Positions 30,763-40,005 of a stretch of DNA of 64,000 nucleotides are shown here, piece by piece. Below the pieces are notes generated by a model. That model was not told the DNA's origin, ran no database searches, and saw only the letters and a list, made by a program, of their open reading frames with translations. The position numbers were made by a program, and so were the translations under genes. Source of the stretch: Candidatus Binatia bacterium (GTDB lineage Bacteria > Desulfobacterota > Binatia > Bin18); assembly GCA_963422435.1 (NCBI GenBank), contig OY729511.1, positions 2,826,105 through 2,890,104 of the forward strand, read 5' to 3'. Every line of letters starts with the position of its first letter. The first letter of the stretch is position 1.

Positions 30763-31092
30763 ATGATTATGGATGGACTATTGCTCGATATAGGGCTACG
30801 GCACTTTCTGTCTGTCAGTCTGATCGTTTTTGTGCTCGGCCTCTATTGTGTTCTGACCCGGAAGAACGCCATCGGGATTCTTCTGGGCGTGGAGTTGATC
30901 CTGAACTCCGCAAACATTAACTATATTGCTTTTTCATATTTTTCTTCCGGCAATTACGATGGTCAGGTATTTGCGATTTTCGTAATTATGCTCGCTGCCG
31001 CCGAAGCGGTTATTGGGTTGGCCATCGTGCTTGGGATATACCAGAATTTTTCGTCGATCGACATTGAAGCCGTCGATAGCTTGCAAGGCTAG
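30763..31092 (+). CDS. nuoK: NADH-quinone oxidoreductase subunit K
   Basis: About 110 aa, three TM helices (GLYCVLTRKNAIGILLGVELILNSAN). Start chosen at an internal ATG. Confidence 0.75.
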   Translation: MIMDGLLLDIGLRHFLSVSLIVFVLGLYCVLTRKNAIGILLGVELILNSANINYIAFSYFSSGNYDGQVFAIFVIMLAAAEAVIGLAIVLGIYQNFSSIDIEAVDSLQG

Positions 31093-31095
31093 TCT

Positions 31096-33279
31096 ATGGA
31101 CCACCCGCTTCTCGTCTCCTCCCTGCGCTGGATCGTCCTCTTTCCCCTGCTCGGTGCCGTTATCAATGGTATTCTCGGAGCGAAGATCCAGGAGCGCTTC
31201 GGGAAGAACGGGATCAGCGTCGTTGCCTGCACGGCTGTCGGTCTGGCCTTTATCTTTGCGCTGCGGGCCTTTTTTCAGCTCACCAGTCTGGTGCCTGAAG
31301 AACGCTATTTGCTTGATACGCTCCTGCGCTGGATACATATCGGCGCTCTTCAGGTTGATATCGCGTTCGCTGTCGATCCCCTCTCCGGTCTGATGATCCT
31401 GATCGTCACCGGTATTGGCGGTCTGATTCATCTGTATTCGATCGGCTATATGCACGATGACGAAGCCTACTGGCGCTTTTTCGCCTATCTCAATCTTTTT
31501 ACCGCGGCGATGCTGACCCTGGTGCTGGCCGATAACTTGGTGTTGATGTTTGTGGGCTGGGAAGGCGTGGGCTTATGCTCCTACGGACTGATTGGATTTT
31601 GGTATAAGGAACATGCGAACACCACCGCCGGAAACAAGGCGTTTATTGTCAACCGGATTGGCGACGCCGGTTTTACGCTGGGTATTTTTATTATCTTCTG
31701 GAGTCTCTTCGAAGCGGGACACGGGACGACCGCGGTCTTTCGTGACCTGGGCCCTCTGATTCATCACCTGGAAGGGCAGATGGTCTGGGGTGTCCCGGCG
31801 GCGACGCTCGCGGCGCTATGTCTCTTTGTCGGAGCGACCGGGAAGTCCGCACAAATTCCACTCTATGTGTGGTTGCCGGATGCGATGGCCGGACCGACGC
31901 CGGTGAGTGCTTTGATCCACGCCGCGACCATGGTGACCGCCGGCGTGTACATGATGGCTCGGATGCACTTTCTCTTTTCCCTGTCGCCGGTTGCGCTCGG
32001 CGTGGTGGCGACGGTCGGTGCCCTCACTGCACTCGTTGCGGCAACCATTGGTCTCGCCCAGTTTGATATTAAGAAAGTGCTCGCGTATTCGACCGTCAGC
32101 CAGCTCGGCTATATGGTGCTGGGCGTCGGCGTGGGAGCGTATGGCGCTGCTGTTTTTCATCTGATGACGCATGCCTTCTTTAAGGCATGCCTGTTTCTTG
32201 GCTCGGGAAGCGTTATTCATGCCATGGGCGATGAGCAGGATATGCGTAAGATGGGCGGCCTCAGAGAAAAAATGCCGCTTACCTTCTGGACGTTTTTGAT
32301 CTCTACTATTGCTATTGCCGGCATTCCGCCACTGGCTGGATTTTTTTCAAAAGACGAAATTCTGTGGCTGACGTTTTCCGGTGGACATCCGCTACTGTGG
32401 TTGATCGGGTTCGCGGCTGCCGGGATGACCGCGTTCTATATGTTTCGTCAGGTCTTTATGGTTTTCTTTGGAGAGAATCGTGCCGATGAGCATACCAAAG
32501 AACATTTGCACGAATCCCCTCCAGTGATGACCTATCCCTTGATTGTTCTGGCCGTGGGGGCGGTCTTTGCCGGTTTTCTCGGGGTGCCACCTGCCCTCGG
32601 CGGGAGTAATATCCTGGAACACTGGTTGGAGCCCGTCTTTGCCGGCGGTCATGGCGGCGGCCACGCTGCACATCATCACGTTGAGGTGATCGAGTATGTC
32701 CTGATGGTGGCTTCTGTTGGCATTGCGGCTGTCGGGATATTCCTTGCGTATCTGATTTACTATCGGCAGTCCGTATCAGCCGGCACGTTTACGGCGGTCG
32801 GAGGCGGTGTCCCGTATCGAGCCGTGTTCAACAAATACTATGTTGATGAACTCTACCATGCGACCGCCGTCCGAGGGACCCTGGCTGTCAGCTGGCTCTG
32901 TTCCGTCTTTGATCGTAATGTCATCGACTTTATCGTGAATAACGTTGCCAAAGCCACCGGCGCGGTCGGCTGGGCGGTTGGTCGATTTGATCATTATATC
33001 ATTGATGGATTGGTGAACGGACTGGCCGATGTCATCTTTGGCATTGGCAATCGGTTGCGCCAAATCCAGACCGGCAACCTCAGTATTTATCTGTATGTCA
33101 TTGTTGGTGCGATTGCCGTCTCCCAATTCTTACCGCGAGTAGGGGCGGACATATTAGTCCCTGTCGTTATCGCGTTTCTCTCTCTGGTGATCGTGGTCGG
33201 AATAGCGCTGTGGCTCTCCACCAGACGAATCCAGTGGCGTCTGATGTTTACAAAAGAGGGAGTCTCGGAGCTCCGGTGA
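31096..33279 (+). CDS. nuoL: NADH-quinone oxidoreductase subunit L (antiporter-like, extended)
   Basis: 727 aa with WLPDAMAGPTPVSALIHAATMVTAG. Long C-terminal extension containing a His-rich segment GGHGGGHAAHHH. Confidence 0.85.
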   Translation: MDHPLLVSSLRWIVLFPLLGAVINGILGAKIQERFGKNGISVVACTAVGLAFIFALRAFFQLTSLVPEERYLLDTLLRWIHIGALQVDIAFAVDPLSGLMILIVTGIGGLIHLYSIGYMHDDEAYWRFFAYLNLFTAAMLTLVLADNLVLMFVGWEGVGLCSYGLIGFWYKEHANTTAGNKAFIVNRIGDAGFTLGIFIIFWSLFEAGHGTTAVFRDLGPLIHHLEGQMVWGVPAATLAALCLFVGATGKSAQIPLYVWLPDAMAGPTPVSALIHAATMVTAGVYMMARMHFLFSLSPVALGVVATVGALTALVAATIGLAQFDIKKVLAYSTVSQLGYMVLGVGVGAYGAAVFHLMTHAFFKACLFLGSGSVIHAMGDEQDMRKMGGLREKMPLTFWTFLISTIAIAGIPPLAGFFSKDEILWLTFSGGHPLLWLIGFAAAGMTAFYMFRQVFMVFFGENRADEHTKEHLHESPPVMTYPLIVLAVGAVFAGFLGVPPALGGSNILEHWLEPVFAGGHGGGHAAHHHVEVIEYVLMVASVGIAAVGIFLAYLIYYRQSVSAGTFTAVGGGVPYRAVFNKYYVDELYHATAVRGTLAVSWLCSVFDRNVIDFIVNNVAKATGAVGWAVGRFDHYIIDGLVNGLADVIFGIGNRLRQIQTGNLSIYLYVIVGAIAVSQFLPRVGADILVPVVIAFLSLVIVVGIALWLSTRRIQWRLMFTKEGVSELR

Positions 33280-33329
33280 ACCAGACCTTTTATCAAGCCC
33301 ATTGTGTGGATGTGTGGTAAGGAGCCGCT

Positions 33330-34901
33330 ATGGAGTCCTCTATTCTCACCTTAATGATTTTCTTTCCTCTGGCCGGCATGGTCACCGTCTTCTGCCTGCC
33401 GAGTCAAGCAAGAGATTTAATTCGATGGACTGCTTTTGCTTTTACCCTGCCGGCCTTCTTTTTGGGAATCTGGCTCTACCAGAACTTTGATACCACGACC
33501 ACAGCGCTTCAGTTTGTTGTGAATGTCCCGTGGATTGAATCCTTTAATATCCGCTACTTTGTTGGCGTCGATGGAGTCAGCATATCCATGATTTTGCTGA
33601 CCGCCGTTCTGTGCCCTATCTGCATTCTCGCTTCGTGGAATATTGAGCGGGCCGAGAAGGGCTATTTTGCCTTGTTCCTGCTGTTGGATACCGCCATGAC
33701 GGGCGTTTTTTGCGCCATGGACTTCTTCCTGTTTTTTATCTTCTGGGAGTTGATGCTGCTGCCGATGTATTTCCTGATTGGCATCTGGGGTGGGCCGCGG
33801 CGTGAATATGCGGCGATTAAATTCTTCCTGTATACCATGCTCGGCAGTGCGCTGATGCTGGTCTGTATGCTGGTCTTCTATTTTCAAGCCGGGGCTGTCG
33901 AAGGCGTTGGCTACACTTTTGATCTGACCCAACTCCCCGCCGTGGCGCAGCACTTTCAGACCGAGCCGCTCTTGTTTGGCTTTTCTTTGCCACAAATCAT
34001 GTGGCTCGCGCTCTTTATTAACTTTGCCGTGAAAATTCCCGCCTTTCCCTTCCACACCTGGCTGCCTGACGCCCATGTCGAAGCGCCCACCGCAATCTCC
34101 GTGATTCTGGCCGGGGTCCTGCTAAAAATGGGAACGTATGGGATTTTACGAGTCAATTATCCTCTTCTCCCGGAAGAAACCTTCCTGTTTGCACCGTACT
34201 GTCTGGCTGCCCTGGGAGCCTGGAACATCGTCTACGGGGCCTTCTGCGCCTTATCCCAGTGTTTTACCGAGCCAAAGGATCTGAAAAAACTCGTGGCCTA
34301 TTCCAGCATCAGTCACATGGGGTATGTCATGTTGGGGATGGCATCGTTTACCCCACAGGGAATCAACGGCGCGGTCTTGCAGATGTTCAATCATGGAACG
34401 ATTACCGCCATGCTCTTCCTCATTGTCGGAGTAATCTATGATCGGGCCCACCATCGACGCATCGATGGGTTTGGCGGCTTAGCCTCGGTGATGCCGGTCT
34501 ATACCGGCGTGATGGGACTCGCTTTTTTTGCCGCCATGGGGCTCCCGGGTTTGTCGGCTTTTATCTCTGAGGTCCTGTGTCTCCTCGGTGCCTGGCACAC
34601 GCATAAAATTCCGGCCTTGCTTGGCGCTCTGACCGTAATCATTACAGCGAGTTACCTGCTCTGGACGATCCAACAAATGTTTCTCGGAAAACCACGTGAG
34701 GAGTACGCAGACATGCACCTCTCAGAAATCAATACGAGAGAGCTGTGCATGTTAGCCCCGCTTGGGGTTATTGTTGTGGTCCTGGGATTTTATCCGCATG
34801 CCGTTCTGGACCTGCTCGATGTCTCGCTCCAGGGACTCAACGAAGTCGTGCTCTCTGCAAGCACAAATAGTCCTGATACCGCGGCAGTTGCGCTGCGCTA
34901 G
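33330..34901 (+). CDS. nuoM: NADH-quinone oxidoreductase subunit M
   Basis: Antiporter-like subunit, HTWLPDAHVEAPTAISVILAGVLLKMG. Confidence 0.85.
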   Translation: MESSILTLMIFFPLAGMVTVFCLPSQARDLIRWTAFAFTLPAFFLGIWLYQNFDTTTTALQFVVNVPWIESFNIRYFVGVDGVSISMILLTAVLCPICILASWNIERAEKGYFALFLLLDTAMTGVFCAMDFFLFFIFWELMLLPMYFLIGIWGGPRREYAAIKFFLYTMLGSALMLVCMLVFYFQAGAVEGVGYTFDLTQLPAVAQHFQTEPLLFGFSLPQIMWLALFINFAVKIPAFPFHTWLPDAHVEAPTAISVILAGVLLKMGTYGILRVNYPLLPEETFLFAPYCLAALGAWNIVYGAFCALSQCFTEPKDLKKLVAYSSISHMGYVMLGMASFTPQGINGAVLQMFNHGTITAMLFLIVGVIYDRAHHRRIDGFGGLASVMPVYTGVMGLAFFAAMGLPGLSAFISEVLCLLGAWHTHKIPALLGALTVIITASYLLWTIQQMFLGKPREEYADMHLSEINTRELCMLAPLGVIVVVLGFYPHAVLDLLDVSLQGLNEVVLSASTNSPDTAAVALR

Positions 34902-34928
34902 CGTATTGAACGAGATAGAAAGCATGCC

Positions 34929-36443
34929 ATGAACCTCGGCAGTATTGAAAGTCTGGCATATCTCTACCCTGAAGGGATTCTGCTTCTCTCCATTCTGACG
35001 ATCTTTATTGTGGACCTGTGTGTGGAGGATAAGGAGCGGCTCGGCAATATTGCCCTGGTTGGAGCCGCTTTGGCCCTGGTCTTTACTTCGGGCCTGTCCT
35101 TCTTTGGCATCCGCTTTATCGAAGGATTACAAGGAGCCGGGGAAGGGTGGCTGTTTCATCGCATGATTGCGCTGGATAGTTTTGCCATTTTCTTTAAGGT
35201 GATTCTTTCCTTGTCGGTAGTGGGGACCGTCTGGATGTCTCTTGGCTCACGGGAGATTAACGGACCGAATCAGGGCGAATATTATGGAATTTTACTGGCG
35301 AGTGGGCTCGGCATGTTTTTCATGGCCTCGGCAACGAATCTGCTCCTGGCCTACCTGTCTTTAGAGTTCGTCAGTCTGACATCGTATGTGCTGACAGGAT
35401 ATTTGACGCGCAATAGAAGATCTGGAGAAGCCGCGCTAAAATATCTCATTTACGGTGGGGTCGCATCGGGGACCATGATCTATGGTATGAGTTGGATTTT
35501 TGGTTTGACCGGAAGCCTGGATTATGCGGAAATTAACGCTGCCCTGCTGCAAAACGCCCCGGATCAACTCACCCTCTTTATCGCCCTTGTCCTCATGTTG
35601 GCTGGGTTCGGCTATAAAATTGCGGCCGTTCCCTTCCATATGTGGGCTCCCGATGTCTACCACGGGGCGCCCATTCCTGTGACGGCTTTTCTTTCGGTCG
35701 GCTCAAAGGCGGCGGGCTTCGCTCTCCTCATGAGATTTTTCTATCCCGCGCTCTCTCAAAGCGGAGACGCCGGCATGTGGCAATTCGTCCCCGGCGTCGA
35801 GTGGCCACAGCTCATGCTTATTGTGGCGATGGTGACCATGACGCTTGGGAACCTTGCCGCCCTGAACCAGCATAATGTGAAGCGTCTCTTAGCCTACTCC
35901 AGCATCGCCCACGCGGGCTACATCCTCATGGGGTTTGTTGTGCTCAGCGACGAAGGGCTGCGGGCGATGCTGTTCTACATCGTCGTCTATTATTTGATGA
36001 ACCTTGGAGCGTTTATCGTCGTCATGGTTGTGGCCAATAATACCGGTCGCGAAGACCTGGAAGGCTTTCGTGGGCTTGCCTGGAGAGGGGGGGCTTTGCC
36101 CGCGGCAGCGATGGCAATTTTCCTCTTTTCGCTCACGGGCCTTCCTCCGCTTGCTGGTTTTATTGGAAAATTTTATCTCTTTGCGGCGGTGGTGAAGGGC
36201 CAATTCTATTGGCTGGCCGTAGTTGGGATCTTGAATAGTGTCGTGTCCCTCTATTATTATGCCCGCATTGTAAAGACGATGTTCCTGGATGAGCCGTCCG
36301 ATTCGGAAGGTGAAGTCACTCTTGACCCGCACAATGGATCTTTACTGGCAATCTTGAGCGTTGCGACGGTTGTCCTCGGAGTGTACTGGGCACCTGTTTT
36401 CGATTTTGCCGACCGTTCGACCCATTTTTTCCTAGGCAGCTAG
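34929..36443 (+). CDS. nuoN: NADH-quinone oxidoreductase subunit N
   Basis: Antiporter-like subunit, last gene of the operon, FHMWAPDVYHGAPIPVTAF. Confidence 0.85.
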   Translation: MNLGSIESLAYLYPEGILLLSILTIFIVDLCVEDKERLGNIALVGAALALVFTSGLSFFGIRFIEGLQGAGEGWLFHRMIALDSFAIFFKVILSLSVVGTVWMSLGSREINGPNQGEYYGILLASGLGMFFMASATNLLLAYLSLEFVSLTSYVLTGYLTRNRRSGEAALKYLIYGGVASGTMIYGMSWIFGLTGSLDYAEINAALLQNAPDQLTLFIALVLMLAGFGYKIAAVPFHMWAPDVYHGAPIPVTAFLSVGSKAAGFALLMRFFYPALSQSGDAGMWQFVPGVEWPQLMLIVAMVTMTLGNLAALNQHNVKRLLAYSSIAHAGYILMGFVVLSDEGLRAMLFYIVVYYLMNLGAFIVVMVVANNTGREDLEGFRGLAWRGGALPAAAMAIFLFSLTGLPPLAGFIGKFYLFAAVVKGQFYWLAVVGILNSVVSLYYYARIVKTMFLDEPSDSEGEVTLDPHNGSLLAILSVATVVLGVYWAPVFDFADRSTHFFLGS

Positions 36444-36560
36444 CGAACGAGCATGCGTTGGAGCGAGAATAGGATGCGGTTTGTCCAGCGTTTGTCGGCA
36501 TGTTAGGGTAGGGAGGCGAGAACGTCGTAACCCTCACGTTGAACGGGAACTGAATCATGT

Positions 36561-36634
36561 CGGGGCGTAGCGCAGCCTGGTAGCGCACCTGCCTTGGGAG
36601 CAGGGGGTCGGCCGTTCAAATCGGCTCGCCCCGA
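36561..36634 (+). tRNA. tRNA-Pro (anticodon TGG)
   Basis: Cloverleaf with CGGGGCG/CGCCCCG acceptor stem and anticodon loop CTTGGGA. Confidence 0.8.
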
Positions 36635-36691
36635 TACGATGCCACTGTCAGGAGGAAAATTCCAAAGCTCCTGACCCGCGAGGCATTGAGG

Positions 36692-36765
<74 letters not shown>

Positions 36766-36768
36766 TAA

Positions 36769-36842
36769 GGTGGGTGTAGCTCAGTTGGTAGAGCACTGGG
36801 TTGTGGTCCCAGGAGTCGAGGGTTCAAGTCCCTTCACCCACC
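36769..36842 (+). tRNA. tRNA-His (anticodon GTG) with G-1
   Basis: Extra 5' G, anticodon loop TTGTGGT, GGTTCAAGTCC T-loop. Confidence 0.8.
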
Positions 36843-36934
36843 TTGTCCTCCTCACTCCAGAGCGTGATATTCTCCTGACAATCGCGGCCATGGCTCTAGT
36901 TGCCATCACTAGGAATAGTAGTTATGGTGCCCGT

Positions 36935-37007
<73 letters not shown>

Positions 37008-37028
37008 TCATTCACGGTGAGGACATAT

Positions 37029-37113
37029 GCGAGAGTGGCGAAATTGGCAGACGCGCTAGACTTAGGATCTAGTCCGCTTGAAGCGGATGGGGGTTCAAGT
37101 CCCCCCTCTCGCA
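37029..37113 (+). tRNA. tRNA-Leu (anticodon TAG), long variable arm
   Basis: GCGAGAG/CTCTCGC acceptor stem, anticodon loop CTTAGGA, extended variable arm. Confidence 0.8.
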
Positions 37114-37177
37114 CGCGCGTCCTATCCGGGTGGCATGGAGACCTCCGTTAATATCCGTAACAGGTTGTTGCTGTACT

Positions 37178-38500
37178 ATGAAGATTTCGATTGAGAGGCT
37201 GAGCCCGGTCCGGCAAAAAATTGCTTTCGAGATTCCTGCGGATCAAGTCCAAGCCAGACTGGAGGAGGCGTATCGAACCTATCAAAACCGTGTTCGGCTG
37301 AAAGGCTTTCGCGCTGGACGCGTGCCCAGGCAAGTGCTCGAACGTCGCTTTGGAGAAGAAATTGCCGCAGAAGTGAGTTCCTCTCTGGTTGAGGAGTCCC
37401 TTACCAAAGCAATAGAGGAACGCGAACTTGCCATTGTGACAAAGCCTCAGATTGTGACCGAGCGCTTGGTTGCGGGAAATCCTTTCTGTTATGCAGCGAC
37501 TATTGAGACGAAGCCTGAAGTCAAGCATGTTGATTGTGAGGGGATAGCGGTTGATAAAGTGCTCTCGTCAGTAGCGGAGAAGGAGGTTGACGAGTCCTTA
37601 GCTCGGCTGGCCGACTCCTTTGCTCAGCTTCACCCCGTAACGGATCGAGATCGGGTTGAATCGGGCGATGTTGTCACCCTGGACTACCAGGCCGTGCAGC
37701 ACGGGCGAGCCATTCCGGGGCTCGAAGGAAAGAGCCGATTGGTTGAGTTGGGCAGAGAGTCCCTTCTGCCCGGGTTTCAAGAGCAGCTCATTGGCATCAA
37801 GAAAGGACAGACGGCTGAATTTTCGCTGCCACTGCCCCAAGAGCCTCAAGAGACAGACTCTGCTCAGTCGGAGGCTCTTCCGACTGCTACCTTTCGCGTC
37901 ACCATACGTGATATCGCTCAAAAGGAAGTACCTCTTCTAGACGATGAGTTTGCGAAAGACCATGGGGAGTGTGATACCCTCGGGGAATTACGCGCCAAGA
38001 TTCGGGAGAATATGGAACAGATGGCGGAGCGGACAGCCGAAGGGCGGATGCATGATGCTGTGCTGAGCCAAATACTCAACAAAAATCCCTTTGATGTCCC
38101 CCCTGGCCTTATTCGTGAACAAGCTCAGCAGTTGTTCGTTGAGTCGGGCATGCAGAGGGGAGGCAACGTCAGCTTTGATGACCCGGCTATTCCTGAGGCG
38201 ATACGTGAGGATTTTTCCCAGCGGGCAAGGCGGCAAATTGAGACGACACTGCTCCTTGATGCCCTAGTGGAGCAACTCGATATCACAAGCACGGAGGAGG
38301 AGGTTGATCTGAAAATTGAAAACTTTGGAGCGGCGAGCGTCGAACAGCGACAGCAGGTTGAGACCTTCTACGCTGATCCGACGAATCGTCAGATGCTACA
38401 AGGGCGGCTGTGTAGAGAAAAGGCCCTTCAGGCAGTTGTGGGGAAGGCTCATATTCGAGTAGTCCAAGAGGACGTTGCTGGTGCCGAGGAAAATGATTAG
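37178..38500 (+). CDS. tig: Trigger factor (ribosome-associated PPIase chaperone)
   Basis: MKISIERLSPVRQKIAFEIPADQV N-terminal ribosome-binding domain; FKBP-like central domain. Confidence 0.9.
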   Translation: MKISIERLSPVRQKIAFEIPADQVQARLEEAYRTYQNRVRLKGFRAGRVPRQVLERRFGEEIAAEVSSSLVEESLTKAIEERELAIVTKPQIVTERLVAGNPFCYAATIETKPEVKHVDCEGIAVDKVLSSVAEKEVDESLARLADSFAQLHPVTDRDRVESGDVVTLDYQAVQHGRAIPGLEGKSRLVELGRESLLPGFQEQLIGIKKGQTAEFSLPLPQEPQETDSAQSEALPTATFRVTIRDIAQKEVPLLDDEFAKDHGECDTLGELRAKIRENMEQMAERTAEGRMHDAVLSQILNKNPFDVPPGLIREQAQQLFVESGMQRGGNVSFDDPAIPEAIREDFSQRARRQIETTLLLDALVEQLDITSTEEEVDLKIENFGAASVEQRQQVETFYADPTNRQMLQGRLCREKALQAVVGKAHIRVVQEDVAGAEEND

Positions 38501-38714
38501 TATGAACTCCTGGTGAAAAACCTTTTCCGCTCCCTGTGCGATTGGGCTGAAAGATGAATGCTTCTCTCCGTAACACTATCCATCGGGTAGTTACCTACCA
38601 CGAACAGGTGAGTTGGCATGGATACCGTTTTTTCTTCCGAGCGAAGGGACTTCGCGCTAACCCGGAGCGTACATCCCTATGCCGGACGGGATGAAAACGG
38701 TCCAAGGAGTACAT

Positions 38715-39968
38715 ATGCCCAGAAATGGCGATGATCGTCCCGGAAATTTGGTGTGCTCTTTTTGTGGCAAGAGTCAGGATGAGGTCCGCAAATTGATTGC
38801 GGGTCCTACGGTCTATATCTGTGACGAATGTATAGATCTGTGTAACGACATTATCGCGGAAGAGTGTGACCAAGAAGACACGTTGGCGGCCGCCTCAGCC
38901 GTCCCAAAACCGGCAGAGATAAAGCGTGTTTTGGACCAATACGTCATCGGACAAGAGCAAGCAAAGAAAATTCTCTCTGTTGCCGTCCACAATCACTACA
39001 AACGCGTTGATGCGCAGTTGATGACCAGCGAGGTGGAACTCCAAAAGTCTAATATTCTTCTTCTGGGTCCGACGGGATCAGGGAAAACCCTCTTGGCTCA
39101 GACTTTGGCTCGTTTCCTCCAGGTTCCTTTTACGATCGGAGATGCAACCAGCCTGACCGAGGCCGGGTATGTTGGAGAGGATGTCGAGAATATTGTTTTA
39201 AGCCTATTGCAAAATGCCGACTATGACGTCGAGAAATGTCAGAAGGGAATCGTCTATATCGATGAGATCGATAAGATTGCCCGAAAAGGTGATAATCCTT
39301 CGATTACGCGAGATGTCTCCGGTGAGGGCGTCCAACAAGCATTGCTAAAGATTATTGAGGGGACGGTCGCGAGCGTGCCTCCAAAAGGAGGCCGCAAACA
39401 CCCGCAACAAGAGTTCGTCCAGGTTGATACGACAAATATCCTCTTTATCTGTGGTGGTGCGTTTGTCGGTCTGGAAGACGTTATTCAACGACGGATCGGG
39501 GGAAAGAGTCTTGGGTTTGGGGCAGATGTTCGGAGCACCAACCAGAGGGGGAGCAGTCTGCTCACAGAAGTGCAACCAGAAGACCTCCTGAAATTTGGCA
39601 TGATTCCGGAATTCATTGGTCGTCTTCCCGTTCTCGCGACTCTCAAGGAACTGGACGATCAGGCCTTAGTCCGAATCTTGCGTGAGCCAAAAAATGCACT
39701 CGTTCGTCAATACCAGAAGCTCTTTGAACTGGAGAATGTCCACCTGCGTTTTACGGAAGGCGCGCTGACGGCGATTGCTCGTGAGGCATTGGCCAGAAAA
39801 ACCGGGGCTCGTGGGCTCCGCGCGATTATGGAAAACATCATGCTGGACATCATGTACGATATCCCCTCACAGCCGAATATCAAAGAAGTCCTTATTTCCG
39901 AAGAAGTGGTGTCACGCAATGTACAGCCTATTGTGATGTACCAAAAAGAGACGGCCGAGAGTGCCTGA
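38715..39968 (+). CDS. clpX: ATP-dependent Clp protease ATP-binding subunit ClpX
   Basis: Zinc-binding domain [17 protein letters not shown]...ICDECIDLC, Walker [25 protein letters not shown] Shine-Dalgarno sequence before ATG 38715. Confidence 0.9.
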   Translation: MPRNGDDRPGNLVCSFCGKSQDEVRKLIAGPTVYICDECIDLCNDIIAEECDQEDTLAAASAVPKPAEIKRVLDQYVIGQEQAKKILSVAVHNHYKRVDAQLMTSEVELQKSNILLLGPTGSGKTLLAQTLARFLQVPFTIGDATSLTEAGYVGEDVENIVLSLLQNADYDVEKCQKGIVYIDEIDKIARKGDNPSITRDVSGEGVQQALLKIIEGTVASVPPKGGRKHPQQEFVQVDTTNILFICGGAFVGLEDVIQRRIGGKSLGFGADVRSTNQRGSSLLTEVQPEDLLKFGMIPEFIGRLPVLATLKELDDQALVRILREPKNALVRQYQKLFELENVHLRFTEGALTAIAREALARKTGARGLRAIMENIMLDIMYDIPSQPNIKEVLISEEVVSRNVQPIVMYQKETAESA

Positions 39969-40005
39969 CGACCCGACTCGGAAAGCAGCGGCATGGTATT
40001 CCAGA

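Noticed and set aside
36444-36560. Possible terminator or regulatory RNA after nuoN
   Set aside because: No convincing stem-loop plus U-tract; the spacer most likely just holds the tRNA-cluster promoter.
38554-38718. 54-codon ORF in the tig-clpX spacer
   Set aside because: No Shine-Dalgarno sequence and no recognisable motif; it overlaps the likely clpX promoter and Shine-Dalgarno region.
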